Assembly (NCBI GenBank): GCA_976226885.1
Contig: OZ320316.1
Span: forward strand, 87,792,001-87,856,000
Source of the DNA: Iphione sp. A-MEVVRFRX5
Taxonomy: Eukaryota
Reading direction: 5' to 3'
Length of the DNA: 64,000 nt
Made by a program: the position numbers and the translations under genes. This document shows positions 34,495-48,845 of the stretch, in pieces; position 1 is the first letter of the stretch; every line of letters starts with the position of its first letter. The notes below the pieces were generated by a model, which did not search any database, was not told where the DNA came from, and saw nothing but the letters and a program-made list of their open reading frames with translations.

Positions 34495-34744
34495 TCAGTG
34501 TTTTTTGCTCCTCGACTTTTTCTTCTTCTTGCTCTGGCTGTTGGCCCCTGGCTGCTCACTGTCAGATTCGCTAGAGGAGTCGCTCGAGGAGGACGACGAG
34601 CTACTCGACGAAGACCCGGAATCCGATTTGTCCGAGTCAGATCCGGACGAGGAGGAGTCGGAGTCGGAGGAGGAGCTGCTGCTGTCCGAGTCTGAGTCCG
34701 AGGAGGAGTCCGATTCGTCCGAATCTGAGCTGCTGTCGTCCGAT
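34495..34744 (-). CDS. Terminal coding exon of an unidentified gene: Ser/Asp-rich low-complexity tract with a polybasic (NLS-like) end
   Basis: Acceptor gttatgccttcag|A (phase 2), then SDDSSSDSDESDSSSDSDSDSSSSSS...SESDSEQPGANSQSKKKKKSRSKKH TGA. Mixed TCN/AGC serine codons argue for coding rather than a simple repeat. The architecture resembles ZCCHC10-type C-termini, but no zinc-knuckle exon was found, so no symbol is given. Confidence 0.7.
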
Positions 34745-37700
34745 CTGAAGGCATAACAGGACACCATCAACGATATATTACACTAGCATCTTTCGAATAA
34801 AAGAACTGCCCGCCATGAGTAAACAAAATAAGACAATTACATAGAAAGTTGAACGAAATGAGCAGTGTTAAGAACATGACGAAAAAGTCTTTTAAAATGA
34901 CATGACAATCAATATGATGACATACATGTATATACATGTGTTAGTAGGTAGCTATGCAGTGGTGAACCGGATTCAACTTAATCTAATATATGTACATGTG
35001 GTTATTTCCACTTATAATTTGATTTTTCTGATGCTCTCAGGTAGGGATGTTTGAATATCGCTGGCAGACGGTGTCCTGTCCCATTCTGAGTTAACTAAAT
35101 TACAAAGACATACAAACATGAACACTAGCCAAAGGACATGGCCGCCTAAATGTTACGGTACTACAAATGTGCATATTTAAGTATGTGTGTATTGGGAAGT
35201 AGCAATATGTACTATACGTGAACGGACAAACATTTCATCCTTTTCTGTGTTACGTTCTATTTCCTGAGCTTTTACGCGCAGTACCCATGCAATGTAGCCG
35301 TACTACAGAATGTGATCTTTATGAGACGAAAATCCAAATCAGTCGGGTGTTTTAATTATCTCCATCATGGAAAGAAAGATTAACATCTCCATATGCGATG
35401 ATTTCAAAAGAGATTTCCGATTTACAGTCCACGCTCATGGGAGATCCTTATCGTCCATTTCGGTCCTGGGGGACTCGGAGATACACGAAGAATCAGCATA
35501 AATCACTTAAAAAGTCAAGGTTCAACGTAAAAATAGCTCCTTCCACAGCAGGCAATTTAGGAGCCACTACTTGCACATTCTATCGGAAAAAGCTCCCGAG
35601 ATTTTCGCGAGTTGTTTATACAAAGCTGTGTATCTTAGGACTAACATAGACTCCATGCATGATATGTGATGCGGTGGAAGTGCCTTTTACCAAGATCAGT
35701 TGTACATAAGGAAAAAGAGACTCTTCCCCACTGGCCAACCGAAAGACCAGAATACAACGAATATAAACAATACTGATGTTCCTTTATACAGAAACTTTCG
35801 CCGCTGTTCTCCTCTGATCTGAACCTGACCTATATCAAACCTCATTTCCTTTCTGTGGTGGATCTCCTTCATACCTTTTATAATACATCATTTGGTTTTC
35901 CTTTATGGCCAGTTCTGAGCTCACCACCTTGCAAACCTCGACTACGTCCCCCCAAAAAAAACCTTGCTATGAATGGCATGGCGACATTAACTTGGCACTT
36001 CTACTGGGATTTTTGTAGAATATATATGTATATATATTCATGATACGTATCCCCCTGTAAAGGCCAATAGGAACGAAGGTTTGTAAGCCACAAGTGTGTT
36101 GAAACTGGAATGAGATTAGTTGCCGAGGGTCACATAACCACTAGAAAAAGCTCCCTGGTACAACTTCGAAAATCAATGTCATTAATGTAGAGTCTTGCAA
36201 CCCCGTAATTACCTCCCTGTTTCCCGATCTGTCCCAGTCGTATGCATATTGTTGTTTCAATATTTATTTTCCCTCTCTTAGTTTAACTGCCAAGCATCCA
36301 CCCATGTATATGGCCTGTAGCTCAAATAACTCGTATCCTGCACTATGAACTTAATTACCTCTCCATTTCTCCGGGGGCCTTCCCCTAGTCCGTCGCCATC
36401 GCATATAACTATCACAATCTCTCTTCAGAGACTCGATGGTAAAGCTCGATGGTGCATTTAGAAAGGGTATGCGCATTTAACGGTAACAAACATTAAGCAG
36501 AGTAAGTCGAGATACATGTATCTAACACAGCAGTCGTTAAGTTTTGAAGGTGGAAGACATGGAATTAGATAGCTATGAAAGGTTTTGCAAGAGGATCCAT
36601 TGCATTTAGTGCACATTGGAAAGAATATGGAATATTTGCGCGGAAAATCGGAAAAAGGATAAGCGATATAATGAAAGTTGGAACAACCGCCGACGTGAAA
36701 CGTATTATATTTTGTACTTTGACATTTAATAGCATTACATGACATACATTTAATTCTTTCAGCCTTGGCGAAACGCCCATTACAGTTTTCATCTATAAAG
36801 AGTCGAGAAAACTATGCGGACACAAATATTGATGACTTGAACAAATAAGATTTAAAAGGAGAACAAACTGTATTGGCAAGTTTGAAAGTGGAACTGAGCG
36901 TTTTACTATTCTGTATTAACTGAACGGCAGCTGTACCATTTTTGACTTCTATGATAAGACTACTGGTGAGGTGTTCTGACGCCTTTATCTTGTGTTTTCT
37001 ATATTAGGGGTCGTGTTCACCTCAAGCCTGACTGGATGCATTAACCGCCCGAGTGCGCTTCCACGTTAGACGCCTGAAGGTCTTCAAACCTGACGAATGT
37101 CAGCCCTAAGCAATATTCATATCTTTTTTTTGCGACTCGAAATGTAATTTACATATGAGATCGTGCGGCATTGATAGAAAAATATGAACATAAATGGATA
37201 ATAAAGCAAACATCGCTGTAAATAAATGATAGGTGGCGATGTTATGGCCGCATCAACAAGGCTTACCACAACTACTGCGTCTGACCTGCGGGCTTCGAAC
37301 AGGCGGTGATATAATTTTACAACGATTAGTATGATTTCCCAGAGGATGTTTTTTTGCAAATTGAAAAGAACTGTTCTCCACAGGATAGTTAATGAGATAC
37401 AGTCTATTTCACCATCATATACGAGTATACAAAACTAAAACGCGAATTAGATAAGACGAGAACAAACACTGCACATAAACCACTGAACAACGACATAGAC
37501 AACTGTTGGTGCACAGTATTGGGCATATGGCAGTTCCTTCCGCCGTTTTAACCTGGAAAAATCTGTTTCCCTAGACGTCATGAAGGGACATTAAAAAAAC
37601 AACTGAACGCGTCCCTTAAATAACGGAGCCTGGGACTTCTTCAACAGAGGCCAGTCGTGAAGCAAACCAACCAGCGGCTGCGGTCCGCTCTGTCGGCAGA

Positions 37701-40700
37701 CTTAGTACCCAGGGGTCGAGGGCAGTGGTGGCGATTGCCGTCGATCTGCCTTTCCTTAAGGTGATTAGAATTCTTTATGGCGAACCCAACGTTGGACTGC
37801 GCAGTATCTCTTGGACACCAGATAGCGGCACTGTTACAGCCGATCTCTATGAGAAATGGCTTCGGGATGGAGGGACGCCGTTTGAAGTCTGGGTCTGAAT
37901 GTAAAAAAACTGATATAGATCTTCGAGGATAAATAAGGCACCTTCTTAAGAAACGAAGTCTTGTAGAAATGTATTCTAGGCACGATATAAGATCAAACAG
38001 TTCCAGAAAAAATAATCCCATTTAATCAGTCTCTAGGCAGTCGTGACGTCAGGCAGGACATAACAGGAATGTTCAGGGTTTATGAACATCGTGTAACACA
38101 TCTATTTACTAAGAGAGAGTACCAATGGCTATTAAAAACCTAAATATTATTTTAACAATGATTTATCTTAGCTTACTAGGTACAATAATATATCGCCCAC
38201 AGATCCACCGTAAGCTTGTTGATAGCATAGACCAAGGGAGGCCAGAGGGACGACCCCTAGACTTGCAGACATTATTGACAGGGGGCAAACCCTTGCTTCC
38301 TAATCAGTCCTGCCAGGAAAACACCGTTTTCCAATTAATCCCACACTTCAGACCCGCAGCTAATCTGGAGGAAACTGACGGGGACGAACCCTTAAAAAAA
38401 GCCATAATAGCGGAGAAGACGTTGAATAGATTGGCCGGCGTGAGTGGAAGTGAACTGGGAGAACCTACGAGGCTAATACAGCCTTTGCTGGTTTGGATTG
38501 CTGGGTCGAGTAGGTCGGCTGAACAAAGGCATGGTTGGGCGGGAGTTCTTCCGTCTAACCCTGAGGGCTATGGTGAACTTCATCAGGAGTGAAAACCTTA
38601 ATGACGCATGTGTTTTCTTTCCGTTAGAGGAAGCATAGTCAGGAGATTGTTTGCTGACTGAATCTGACGCTGGCTACGACTTCAGGAAGCAACTTGGGGA
38701 AATGTGATAAGTGCGGGATGTATTAATGCTGGTAGGCGTCAAGGGTGTTGGCGGTACTGACAGGATTGCTTCGGTAAAAGAGGAATGGGTAGCAAGTATG
38801 TCGAAGAGGTTGCCCGGGAAAAGCCGTAAGCATTGTTCGGTGGTGGCCATTGTCACCCGTACCACAAAAGCAGTGGGCCCCAGCTTGAGGGCAACCTCAT
38901 TGGACAAGGCACGGCCTTTCGATCCGATTGAAAAGGAGAAGCTCCTCCCAGCTCAGATTTCACTCTGGGTCAATGGCGGCCAGCTGATGCTAACAAGATA
39001 TGTTTGCTGCCCCTTCCCCCGGAGCAGCAATCTGGTAGCAGGACTACCGTCAACGTCAGCTTCTGTGGTGAGTGGAGTACATGTCCCATGTTTGTCATCA
39101 GGAAAAATCCACGTGCTGCTGCTAGTCCTATACACTAGGCATTACTGACAATCTAGCGCGCCGATTTCAGATGACATCTGAGCAAGTGGGAGAGCAGCCG
39201 TAGTGATAATGGATACAGGTGGCTTGGACGGAGCACTAGGAGCTGCAGGATGGACTGATAGCGGAGGAGGGGATAAGAGTTGGGTCGAAAAGACTTAGGG
39301 GCGCATCACTTAGTGAGGCAGGCACCCATCGATCTGTCGGGTGGTAGAGTCGGACCCTGCGTGATGCCTACTCGCCATAGTCAGTCTCCTCAACTTCTCC
39401 GCCACGGGCCACCGTCACCCACGTGCGATCAATTGCTCTTAAATCAGCACCGTGATAGCGGTCAGCACACTATCGTGGCCATCCGGGACAATGGCATAAT
39501 CAGCGCTCAGCAGGGGCCACCAGACCTCAAACAGGGACTAATCAATCATACTGCCCTACTCCACGAACACAATCGAGTTAGTGGGCCAGGCAATCATTCG
39601 TGATGGTGTGAAAACGTAAAACATCGACGTGCATTACGCACAGACATAGGTGGTAAACCCTTGGGGAAAACACAATGGGGAGTTTTAGGAGAATGTCCTC
39701 TTACCCACTGTAGCTCATCATTCTATGTGGAACTGGGGAATACCAACAACGTCAAGATATGCCTCTTTATTCGCATTAAGTGGCTATATATAAGTAGAGT
39801 GGAATGACATTTAAATGTGTAAAATGGTTCACAGAGCAATAGCCCTCTTCATGGGCTGGTAAAAATGATAGTCACGATGTATAAAAGACATTTTTAATCG
39901 TTCTGGACGGAATAAATTCAAATACCACTTCGGTTAAGTCGCATTCGTTTTTTTATTGGTGAAAGCCGTGCTGTCTCAGCCGATCAAAAATGTCATTAAG
40001 ACAATATTAAAACATCGCTGAAAACGTTCGTTACATGACGACAGTGATGAACTTGTAAACCGACTTTGCATTGGGGCGGTGCTCACCGTGCTACACATAT
40101 GAAATTCGAAGTGGTCATCTCAGGCCTGTCAACCAATGCATCACGTTCACTGACGTACATAAACCGTGGGGCCAACGCCAAGAGGCAGTGCACCTTCCAA
40201 GCAGCGCCTCTGATCTAATCCAGCTCATGTAGATTGAGTGGTGTGTCAACAGGGGCACGCCACTGCCTGTCACCGCCCACCGTGTCTCAATATGCATCCT
40301 GGCTGCTCTACTCATCTCAGCCCGAGGTGGTCGACGAGGATTGTTTCTGATAGGGTGCTATGTCCACACTGCCTGAAGCTGACCACAGCGAAGAGGGCCC
40401 ACCGAACAAAGCTTCAAGTGTGGCCGGCGGTGGACAAGTGCTCCTGCTTGGCTGTCGGTCAGCCCTTACCATGAAAACCCATTCGGTGTTCATATTCGAC
40501 CAATTACGTGAAACCCAAGGTCGTACCCTGGCGTATTCAACACTGTCCCTTTGAACTGTCGAAAATATGCCTGTTAACGTTAATGAAATCCCACAACGCA
40601 TTCCCCCCCATACAGAGTTGGTAATGTATTTCATATTAACACATAAACGTCAGTCAAGGCGCGTGATGAGCTGCCAGTGCAAGACTTTCTTTCCTGTTTA

Positions 40701-43700
40701 TATGGGCACTTGGCATATACTACTAGATGCCGTTTCAAGATTGACCGTAACAGGTGTCTCTTACACAATACAGGTATATGTGTACATAGACATATATATA
40801 TATATGTATAGGTATTTGAAGACGGCCACATACTTTCGAATAGAGGAAGTCTAGAAGGACATATATGTCGATGGCCTTTAGAACAATCCATCGTCCGTCT
40901 ATTTCTTGTGCAAACTTTTTCGTTTGCTCAACATTTTTTCCTCCGTCGGCGGGAGTCTGAATGTCGATATGACGGTACGTGTCAAACCTGCGCCCGATAC
41001 TTTGCCTGTTCCTCCACCATCAAAGACAAGTCTAAAATAAACTTGTATACGCTGCTGACGTCAACATCGCAAATGCACAAGAATAACCGGCCACGATGCT
41101 GCTATCAAATGGGCTCTTGTCAAACATCTAGCCTCCATAAAACGTCGTGTCATTTCTTCGCCTGTTTCCCCTTCGTAAGGATGGAAAACCTCCAAAATCA
41201 ACAAAGACGCTTTCTCGCACGGCGCTGAGCGAGACTTTATGAATTGACTGGTGTCGCTATTCTTCGGCCGGACCCGGCAGTTCATAGAACGACCGAACTG
41301 ATTCGAAACATCTAAAGCAAATGTAACAGCACAGAACTCCAACCCAAGTAGGGGTTACATATACGACAGCTGAAGTGCAAAATTACTGGGGAGGTATATG
41401 GGCTTGACTATGTACTCTGTAATAAGGCGGTGTCATGGAACTACATGCAAGGTAAGCTTGTGTGTAGAATGTCAACGTCCCAGTGTGTCCGGGCCATATT
41501 ATCTTCACAAAAGCAAATCGATCAATGTCTGTCAGGACTGTCGCCTAGGAACAATACAAACACGGTAGCCGTGGAGGATGAACATGTAGGGTGGTCTACA
41601 GCAGCGACTCATGAAAGTTATATTTCTATCTCTAATAGTGCCTGGTCACAGAACCGTTACAATAACAGGGTAATATATCAGTGATAAACGTTGCAGTGGC
41701 GAGGTCAGTGCCGCAAATAGAAGTTTATTGGCCCTACTAAAGCGACTAAGGGACAAAACGTATAGAGAAATGGAGCAGGATATCTCGACGGTATCAATGA
41801 CGATTTCTCGATCAGGCTTTTAAGCAGTTGATATGATTCGCTTACCATACTAAATCGTGTTCAGATGTGGCATGTTCTTCGTGCGCCGATTCTGGAATCA
41901 CTCATTCACGTTCGTTAATTAGTTCCATTGCGCGACATCAAATAAAGGCATGCTGAGGATCAGTGCTCTATTGCAGCGAAGGACTTCAATCTCAAAACTG
42001 ATAGAGAGCTTGAGCTACACCTATCCGACGTCCTGCAGCTTTCAATCAAGAGGACCGCTACATGAAACTTGCCACTAATGCTTCAAAAATCTGATAAAGG
42101 TATCAAAGAGTCATATATCGACTACTCTGTTTATAACGACATTTAGTGGCAGGGACTTGTAAAACACAAGCTTCTACGAACCGTTCAGGGACTTTTAAAA
42201 AAAAACAAGCTTCTACAAACGGTTAAGTCAATAACCAACCAATCATTCTACTTGACTAATGGTACGAAGTGAATCGTGTATCAATGATAGTTGTAAAGCA
42301 GCAGGCTATCAATTATCTGACTACTGAAAGGTACTGAACAGCCCATTAATACATGGTGGGGTTTACAACTTAGGCACCAGTCCTTTTCATTCTTGTACAT
42401 ACCATCATATGAAAAGGCAGTTAAGGACCAAGAAAAATATCTAATCTAATACGAATTGATATCGTGTGGAAAAAATGCTGCCTTTGATGCGCTCTCCTTC
42501 ATCTGCAGAGGGATCTCAGTACACTGATGCAAGGGTAAAACTTCTGACCATGCCTATAACGTACGATAGAAACGTAAGCATAAAAAGTGTAACAAAAATA
42601 ATGAGCGATTTAAAATAAAATATGGCCATTCTGTTATCTGCATTGTTGACAATTTAATCACAAAAAACACATTCCCTAAGGGGAGCAGCACTTGATCAAT
42701 TTCGTAAAAAGGGTACAAGAAGAACTGCCCTACCAGTGAAGTTGATGAACGAACGAGTGAAGCGCTGTTTTCAATAGAACAATAAAGACGACCAAAAGTG
42801 TCTTTTGCCTCAAGAGCATAATAACGGAACAGTGTCCGAGGCAATTGCTGATGACGGAATGCAAGTTCAGCTGCCCCCCCCGCCCCCTAGGATATTGTGT
42901 TGACATTTGGATGCGCATTTCCCCGTGTAATGCAGGGGCATGTTTTATCCGATGTAATTAGAAATTATAGGTCGCCGTCGCTTCCTCTCAGACGCCGGTC
43001 GTTTGAAATTCCTTCGCCGGTGGGCGCGGTATCGACCGAAGCGTTCCCTTTGATAAAACGCATCGTCTATTAGCCAAATTAAATGGGTAACATTGTGGCA
43101 ATCATTACCAATGTCAGTGCTGTCTCGCCAAATCGCCTCGGTATATAGCTGACAAAGGCGAACCTTCCAGCCTCCGTGCAACCAAAGGTATTCTTTGCGC
43201 AAGCATCCCGGAGCACCGACTCCAGTCGCCCGACAACATGACTGGGATTTGGCATGTTTCAGCGTCGTGGTTCTCTACCCTAATTGACGCAATTTATCGT
43301 TGCCGGCGAATGCGATGATTGTTGCCGAAAAAAAAACTGGCAACAGAGCTGTAAGACAAAACCCCCATCAACATGACACTGCGCTTATCTCTCATGAAGG
43401 ATCGATCAAGTTTGGCGTCTCCCATTGTAATTACTTCATTCGTTTGTCTGGCACTTAGAGAAAACAAAGGGCGAGACAGTCGTCATTCTGAATACCTTTC
43501 TCTCCCTGCGCCACTCAAATTCGTCACGACAATGCGACCGGTGCAAAAATATACACGCTGACAGAGGTAATTGCGCAGACAGGCGTATTGAATGAACGTC
43601 GCCTAAAAGGGGCCCAATAACACTGTCAGTGTAGATGCAAAGGAGGCTTTCTAACACCGGTCAAAATCGACCATGGCATCCCCCTCGGCGAATGCCCCTG

Positions 43701-46700
43701 CACTTGTCTGGCACAATAAGGGCCTGTCACCCGACGGGGCTCCAGCCGGTGAGCCGCGCGGCCTGTCATTCCATCTGGCAGGACAGAACCGCCTCCCACG
43801 GCCCTAGACCCTCGGTTCGTCTGCCGGGAAGTGGATCCTTTAACGGGCGCCTCGGCTTCCTTAACAACACGTTGACGGCACCACATGATGCGCGGCCGTT
43901 TTTTTGTGTGTGTCCTGTTCTCACTGACGGTCCAACAGGCTTTCCGCGATGGAGCGTTAATAGTTGTCATTGCAGTAAACCGCGGCGACAATTCCGCCCC
44001 GCCTCTTAGCACTGAGACAACACCCAGCACGTAATTTGCGATAACTGTCCATATGAGTTCCTCGTCGAAATGCCAATCGATCTTCAAAATTCCAATATAA
44101 ATACAACACGTTAAATGATGTTTTCGAGGGCCGATCAATGTACCTGCGGGGCGCCATTAGGCGAGGGATCGAAGATGGAGCGAACACCCCCCAAAAACAC
44201 GCACTGTCTTTTCAACAAAAGAGGATCAAACAAAAAGGTCTTTGTCCCGAGTAATTCTCTCCTCGTCTTTGTCAAGGATGCGTTTCTACGTTTTAAAAAG
44301 ACCATGCATTTCACTCAGAATTCAATATGACTACGCCCGCTTTTTCTACGGTTGTCCTTATTGTCGGCTGTTTGCTAGATGGTAAAAATCCAGACTACTT
44401 CTAACGGGCGCAGGAGAAGAACACTGTCCTGCTGATGGAAGGAATTCCAATTCCTGCTAGCGTCAACAGTCTTGCCAAATGATAGAATCGAAGAGCAACA
44501 AACGGTGCTAGTTCGACAGCGAGTTCAGTCAATGTCGGGTGGCAAATGACACCGGTGGGAGACAGCTGTCAGTCGGCAGAGTATGATAAGAGACCTCTCT
44601 GAACATGTGAGCAACCGACGAGTGAGTGGCACGATGCTGCTGTCCATGGCATGCATGCTCCCACAAATAATACAACACCATCCATGTATGTACATGTACA
44701 TCCACAGCTCGCAGCTTCTCGGCCGAAGATCACTACAAATGCATCTATGTGAAGAGCGTAAAAATTCTGGATGTATGCTCTGACATTTTCAGAACTTCAT
44801 ATGTTTCATAGAATTTATCAATATATTGTGTAGTGTGACGATATTATGGGGTATGAAGGTCACTGTGCATATAAAGTCGACCCCTTTGTTTTTCGATGGT
44901 GAGTGGTTGAAGGTGTTTTCATCGGTCATAAAAGTACTGGTTAATTGTGCTCAACAATAAAAACTGTCACCATTAAAGAAGTCGGAAATATGCGTCTCGG
45001 GGGCATACTGGCATTGGTAAGGGAGGAACGCCTGTGCATGAGCACCACTTAAATCTTACACGTGGGTGCAAGCCTATGAAATATTTATATATATATATGA
45101 GTCAAAACCTTCCCCCAATTTTCTCCTCTATGTAAAGATGTCTTCATCCGTACCAAAGTGTGGGAGACAAGTTTTCAGATAATAAAGGGTTGGTTGTAAA
45201 TAGGACAAAATGACGGTACATGTATATTGTGAAATGGTCGGCCAAATATTTGTCAGTACGGATCCACGTTAAAGGTTTCCTTGAGGTGTTCGTGTTCTTC
45301 ATGCGTTTGCTACTACAAAGTTGGGGCTCGCACGTCTTTTTTCATCCCCAGTTTCGACGGGTGATGTGTGGCTGAGGTCTATTCTCTGATCCCTACATGC
45401 ATAAGTAACAGACTGTGTGCGCCCTCACTTCACAGGCCTCTAGAGGTGGCCGTCAGAAAACGCCAGCGAGAGGAGGGGTTTGAATGCAGTGTGTCTGCCT
45501 ACTGTGCACACTCGCAGGTACATGTACATGTATATGGAAGGAAGTCAGGCCAGAGAGAGAGACGCCCGTTACTGCGACATCAAAGGGAACAACCAGAACG
45601 CCGATAATACTGGGGCTCCGGCTACCCCCCCCCCCCCCGTGCAACACATATGTTGGACATCGGCTTGTCATTAAATGCGCTAAGTGTAATTTTTTCTCCA
45701 GGTGGTTGTGTATGTACTAACCAGACAGCAGGGCGCGTTCTCTACAGAGGACTGCAGATGACACGCTAGCTGCACCAGCTGACCTTTCCCTATCCAAGAG
45801 GGAGCTATTTATTGCTAGGCGAAGGAGCAGCACATCACTGGTTTGCTACGTATGTCTCTAATGTTTGATCGTCCTTGTTGTTCTCGTGTGCACATTAATA
45901 CTGCTGCTCGTGTGGATGCGGGCGTGCAATCCTGTATATCAGGTTTGAGATCAGTGCGGATTACACCAAAAAGGCCAAATGATAGCAGCGCCCTTCATGT
46001 TAGCCGCTCGTGTTCAGTGCTGATCAGGGACGGGCTTCCCCGCGTTTTCAGACAAAGCCGTCTCATGTGCTAATCTAAGAACACATCCGATACAAAAGCC
46101 CTGCGCCATTCAAAGACAGACATAATGAGAAGACAGCATATAGTAAGAAGGGGACTTCTAACAGCATCTATTGTCCGCGTACGCCTCGATATATCATATA
46201 CAATGTGATCCTCACCTGGTTGCAGGACCATCCTATTTAGCTCGTTTATCTAAAGCGATGCTACATAAAAGATAATATCTCTCTATACGGTGAACTATTT
46301 TATGGGGTCTTATGGGACTTCATGTAATTCTCGTATTATGAATCACTGTGAAACTTTCTTAACCGTACTGTTATATGGAGTCTCATTAAAATGACGGGTG
46401 CCTTTGTACTTCAACAATGCACCGTCTGCGATAAGATCTGAACCCGTACAATGCAGTGGCGCTCTTCCATTTAGTGGCTTCTGATTGGCGAGGTTGCGGT
46501 GTCACTGACAAGTTATGGCTGGTGTTGTTGGACAACTGCACTTGATAGACTCATTTCTCCTATGAGCAACCGAGGGGAAAGATAGTCCTTGCGCCTATCT
46601 CGTTCCATTGGCGATATTTACAGGCACAGGCAGAGAGCACGGCGCTGCATGGGTTCGTCAAGGTATTCAAGGGCCGGCGAGGATTCCGCTTCACTCTGAC

Positions 46701-47349
46701 GAGGCATAGCGCGGGCGGTCTGCCTCTCCTGCTCTAATCACGGTATCGGAGGGCTGTGATGAAGATGGCCTGGGCAGGTCGTGGAAGTGGCCTGCATATG
46801 CTGTGCGTTTGCCGCAGCCGGTCGGATCAATGCCGTCATCAAGCGGGAGGCACAAGCAATTACCCGACATCAAAAGACATCAGCTCGGACTGGGAGAACC
46901 TTCCATTGTGTGGACAGGTACGGGTGGCAGAGATGATTGGTCAGGCTACGACTAAACCCGACAAACGAACAGCATGGAACGGTATCGGCTGTGTGTCTAC
47001 CAATCATTCACCTCTTTACAGTCTACATAACTGTACGCAGATCAGCTGTATGTAGATTATATGGAGATTATTACAACATCTGTATAACGGTGCTTGGAAG
47101 CCCTAATGAATATTGAATTGCACAATGAGTTACGTCTGTGAGAACCCAAGTTAAAACACGGCCCTTCATATACACAAAGGACAGTTTTACGTAAGAAGGA
47201 CAAGGTGATCTGGGTCAGTCTTGTTTTTAATTATAAAGCATTGGGCACCCACACAGTCACTGACTACACATAATAAAATATTGATATGCTTAATTTTCGT
47301 CCGACATCCTGTCACAGTCATCTAGTGAAACGCAGTGAATGACTGGTAC

Positions 47350-47459
47350 CTTCCAACAGAATTTGCCCTCCTACAAAATATGACAGAGGATTGAAGTCTT
47401 TCAGCTGGTACCCGTAAATGACGAACGTTGGGCCCCTCACAGTATCCTGGCCCTCATGC
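47350..47459 (-). CDS. Candidate second exon of the 50506 gene
   Basis: Long pyrimidine tract ccttctttctttgatccttcgtatagacag|G; phase 2 matches the 49407 donor. Reads (R)HEGQDTVRGPTFVIYGYQLKDFNPLSYFVGGQILLE-G|gtacca. No family recognised. Confidence 0.35.
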
Positions 47460-48255
47460 CTGTCTATACGAAGGATCAAAGAAAGAAGGCGAACGGTTAA
47501 ACGTGTCCAAAGCTAGAGAGTTTTTAAGATATACAGCCACAGATATGTACTACGTGGTATACTTCGAAGCACAGGCTTTCGAAATCTCGGCCTACTTCCC
47601 AGTGCCCCCCCCCCTCCCCCGATGGCAAAGAATGTTTCTGGTCTGAAACGTTAAGACCAAACTACATTATCATGGATGACAGCCGTATCGCCATATTTCC
47701 GCTGCCATGTACCATTATAACACCTTAGCCATAACCGCAGGAATGTCAGGGAAGGTGGCTGTAGGCCGCCAGACACTGACATATCTAGGTAGACTGGGCG
47801 TAGACTAGAGGGCGAGAGGCAACGCAACCGATTCCCTTGGGTTAGTCTTGTCGTCTATCTGCTAACACCGCAGGGAAGGCACCAGACCTCCACATCAAAA
47901 AGGTTTGTTTTACGGGGAGCAATGTCTGTGAAGGCGCCCTAAACACTGATGAGAGAGCGATGCACAGTGACTGAAACAGTCCAAGGTGAACGGCCAACTC
48001 ACTAAAGCCGTTGAAGATTTACGTGGTCGGCCTGCACCTCTGTTTCAATCCGTGCTGTTAATCGAATTTTAGCAGACTGAATCAACAGAAAGCACGCCCT
48101 GATGGCGGCCCCTTAATTTAGCTGGAAACTCTTTGTCAACAACATGTTCAATAAGAAAAGTGTTCTATTAATGAAGCATGTCTATACGAGATATTTGTTA
48201 ATCTTAGTATTGTGTTATATTTCTCCTTTTCTTGATATCCAGCATTCTAACATAA

Positions 48256-48845
48256 GGGCCGGTTTCCTTACCTGCGTTGGTGTCTGTGTGTGTTTTGTGT
48301 GTGTGTTTTTTGAATCAGTGATATCTAGTATAGGGTGTCCGTGTGTGTTGGTATCCCTTGGTATCCATTTGGTATCGGTTGCCCATTATCCAAGACCGAT
48401 AATTTAACGCACACTGATACCAACGGATAGCAGTATACAGGAGATAGCCTTTGAATCAGGTGATAGATGTATGAAAGATGTCTCTATTAGGGACAGTTTG
48501 AGTAAGAACCAAGGCACCAGTACTGCACATTACCACACAAAATTGCCATTTTCTGTATTTTCTTAATGAAATTCAGCGTTTTCGGTACTTCCTTCATGAA
48601 ATTCCCCGTTTTTCAGTACTTTCTTCATGAAATTTGTCATTTTCCAGTACTTTCTTCATGAAATTTGCCATTTTTCTGTACTTTCTACCTGATGTTTGCC
48701 GTTTTTTCACACAGCATAAACGCAATCAATAGACACCCCTATCCGTGACCCTGCGTTGCAGGAAAACTAAGGTAAAACGCATGGTAACACACACGGAAGA
48801 CAAATGCATGGAAACGCATGACAACGCACGTAAGAAAACGGACAC
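48256..48845. mobile_element. PIF/Harbinger-type non-autonomous element, older copy of the 52223 family
   Basis: taa|GGGCCGGTTTCCTTACCTGCG ... CGCACGTAAGAAAACGGACAC|taa (degenerate TIR, TAA TSD); subterminal ggggtgtcc/gacacccct; internal 31-32 bp array catgaaatttgccatttttcagtactttctt at about 48540-48690. Confidence 0.65.

Noticed and set aside
36565-36792. Hydrophobic minus ORF with LNAMDPL resembling GPCR TM7
   Set aside because: Lacks the NPxxY/DPxxY tyrosine and other helices; AT-rich sequence readily gives hydrophobic frames.
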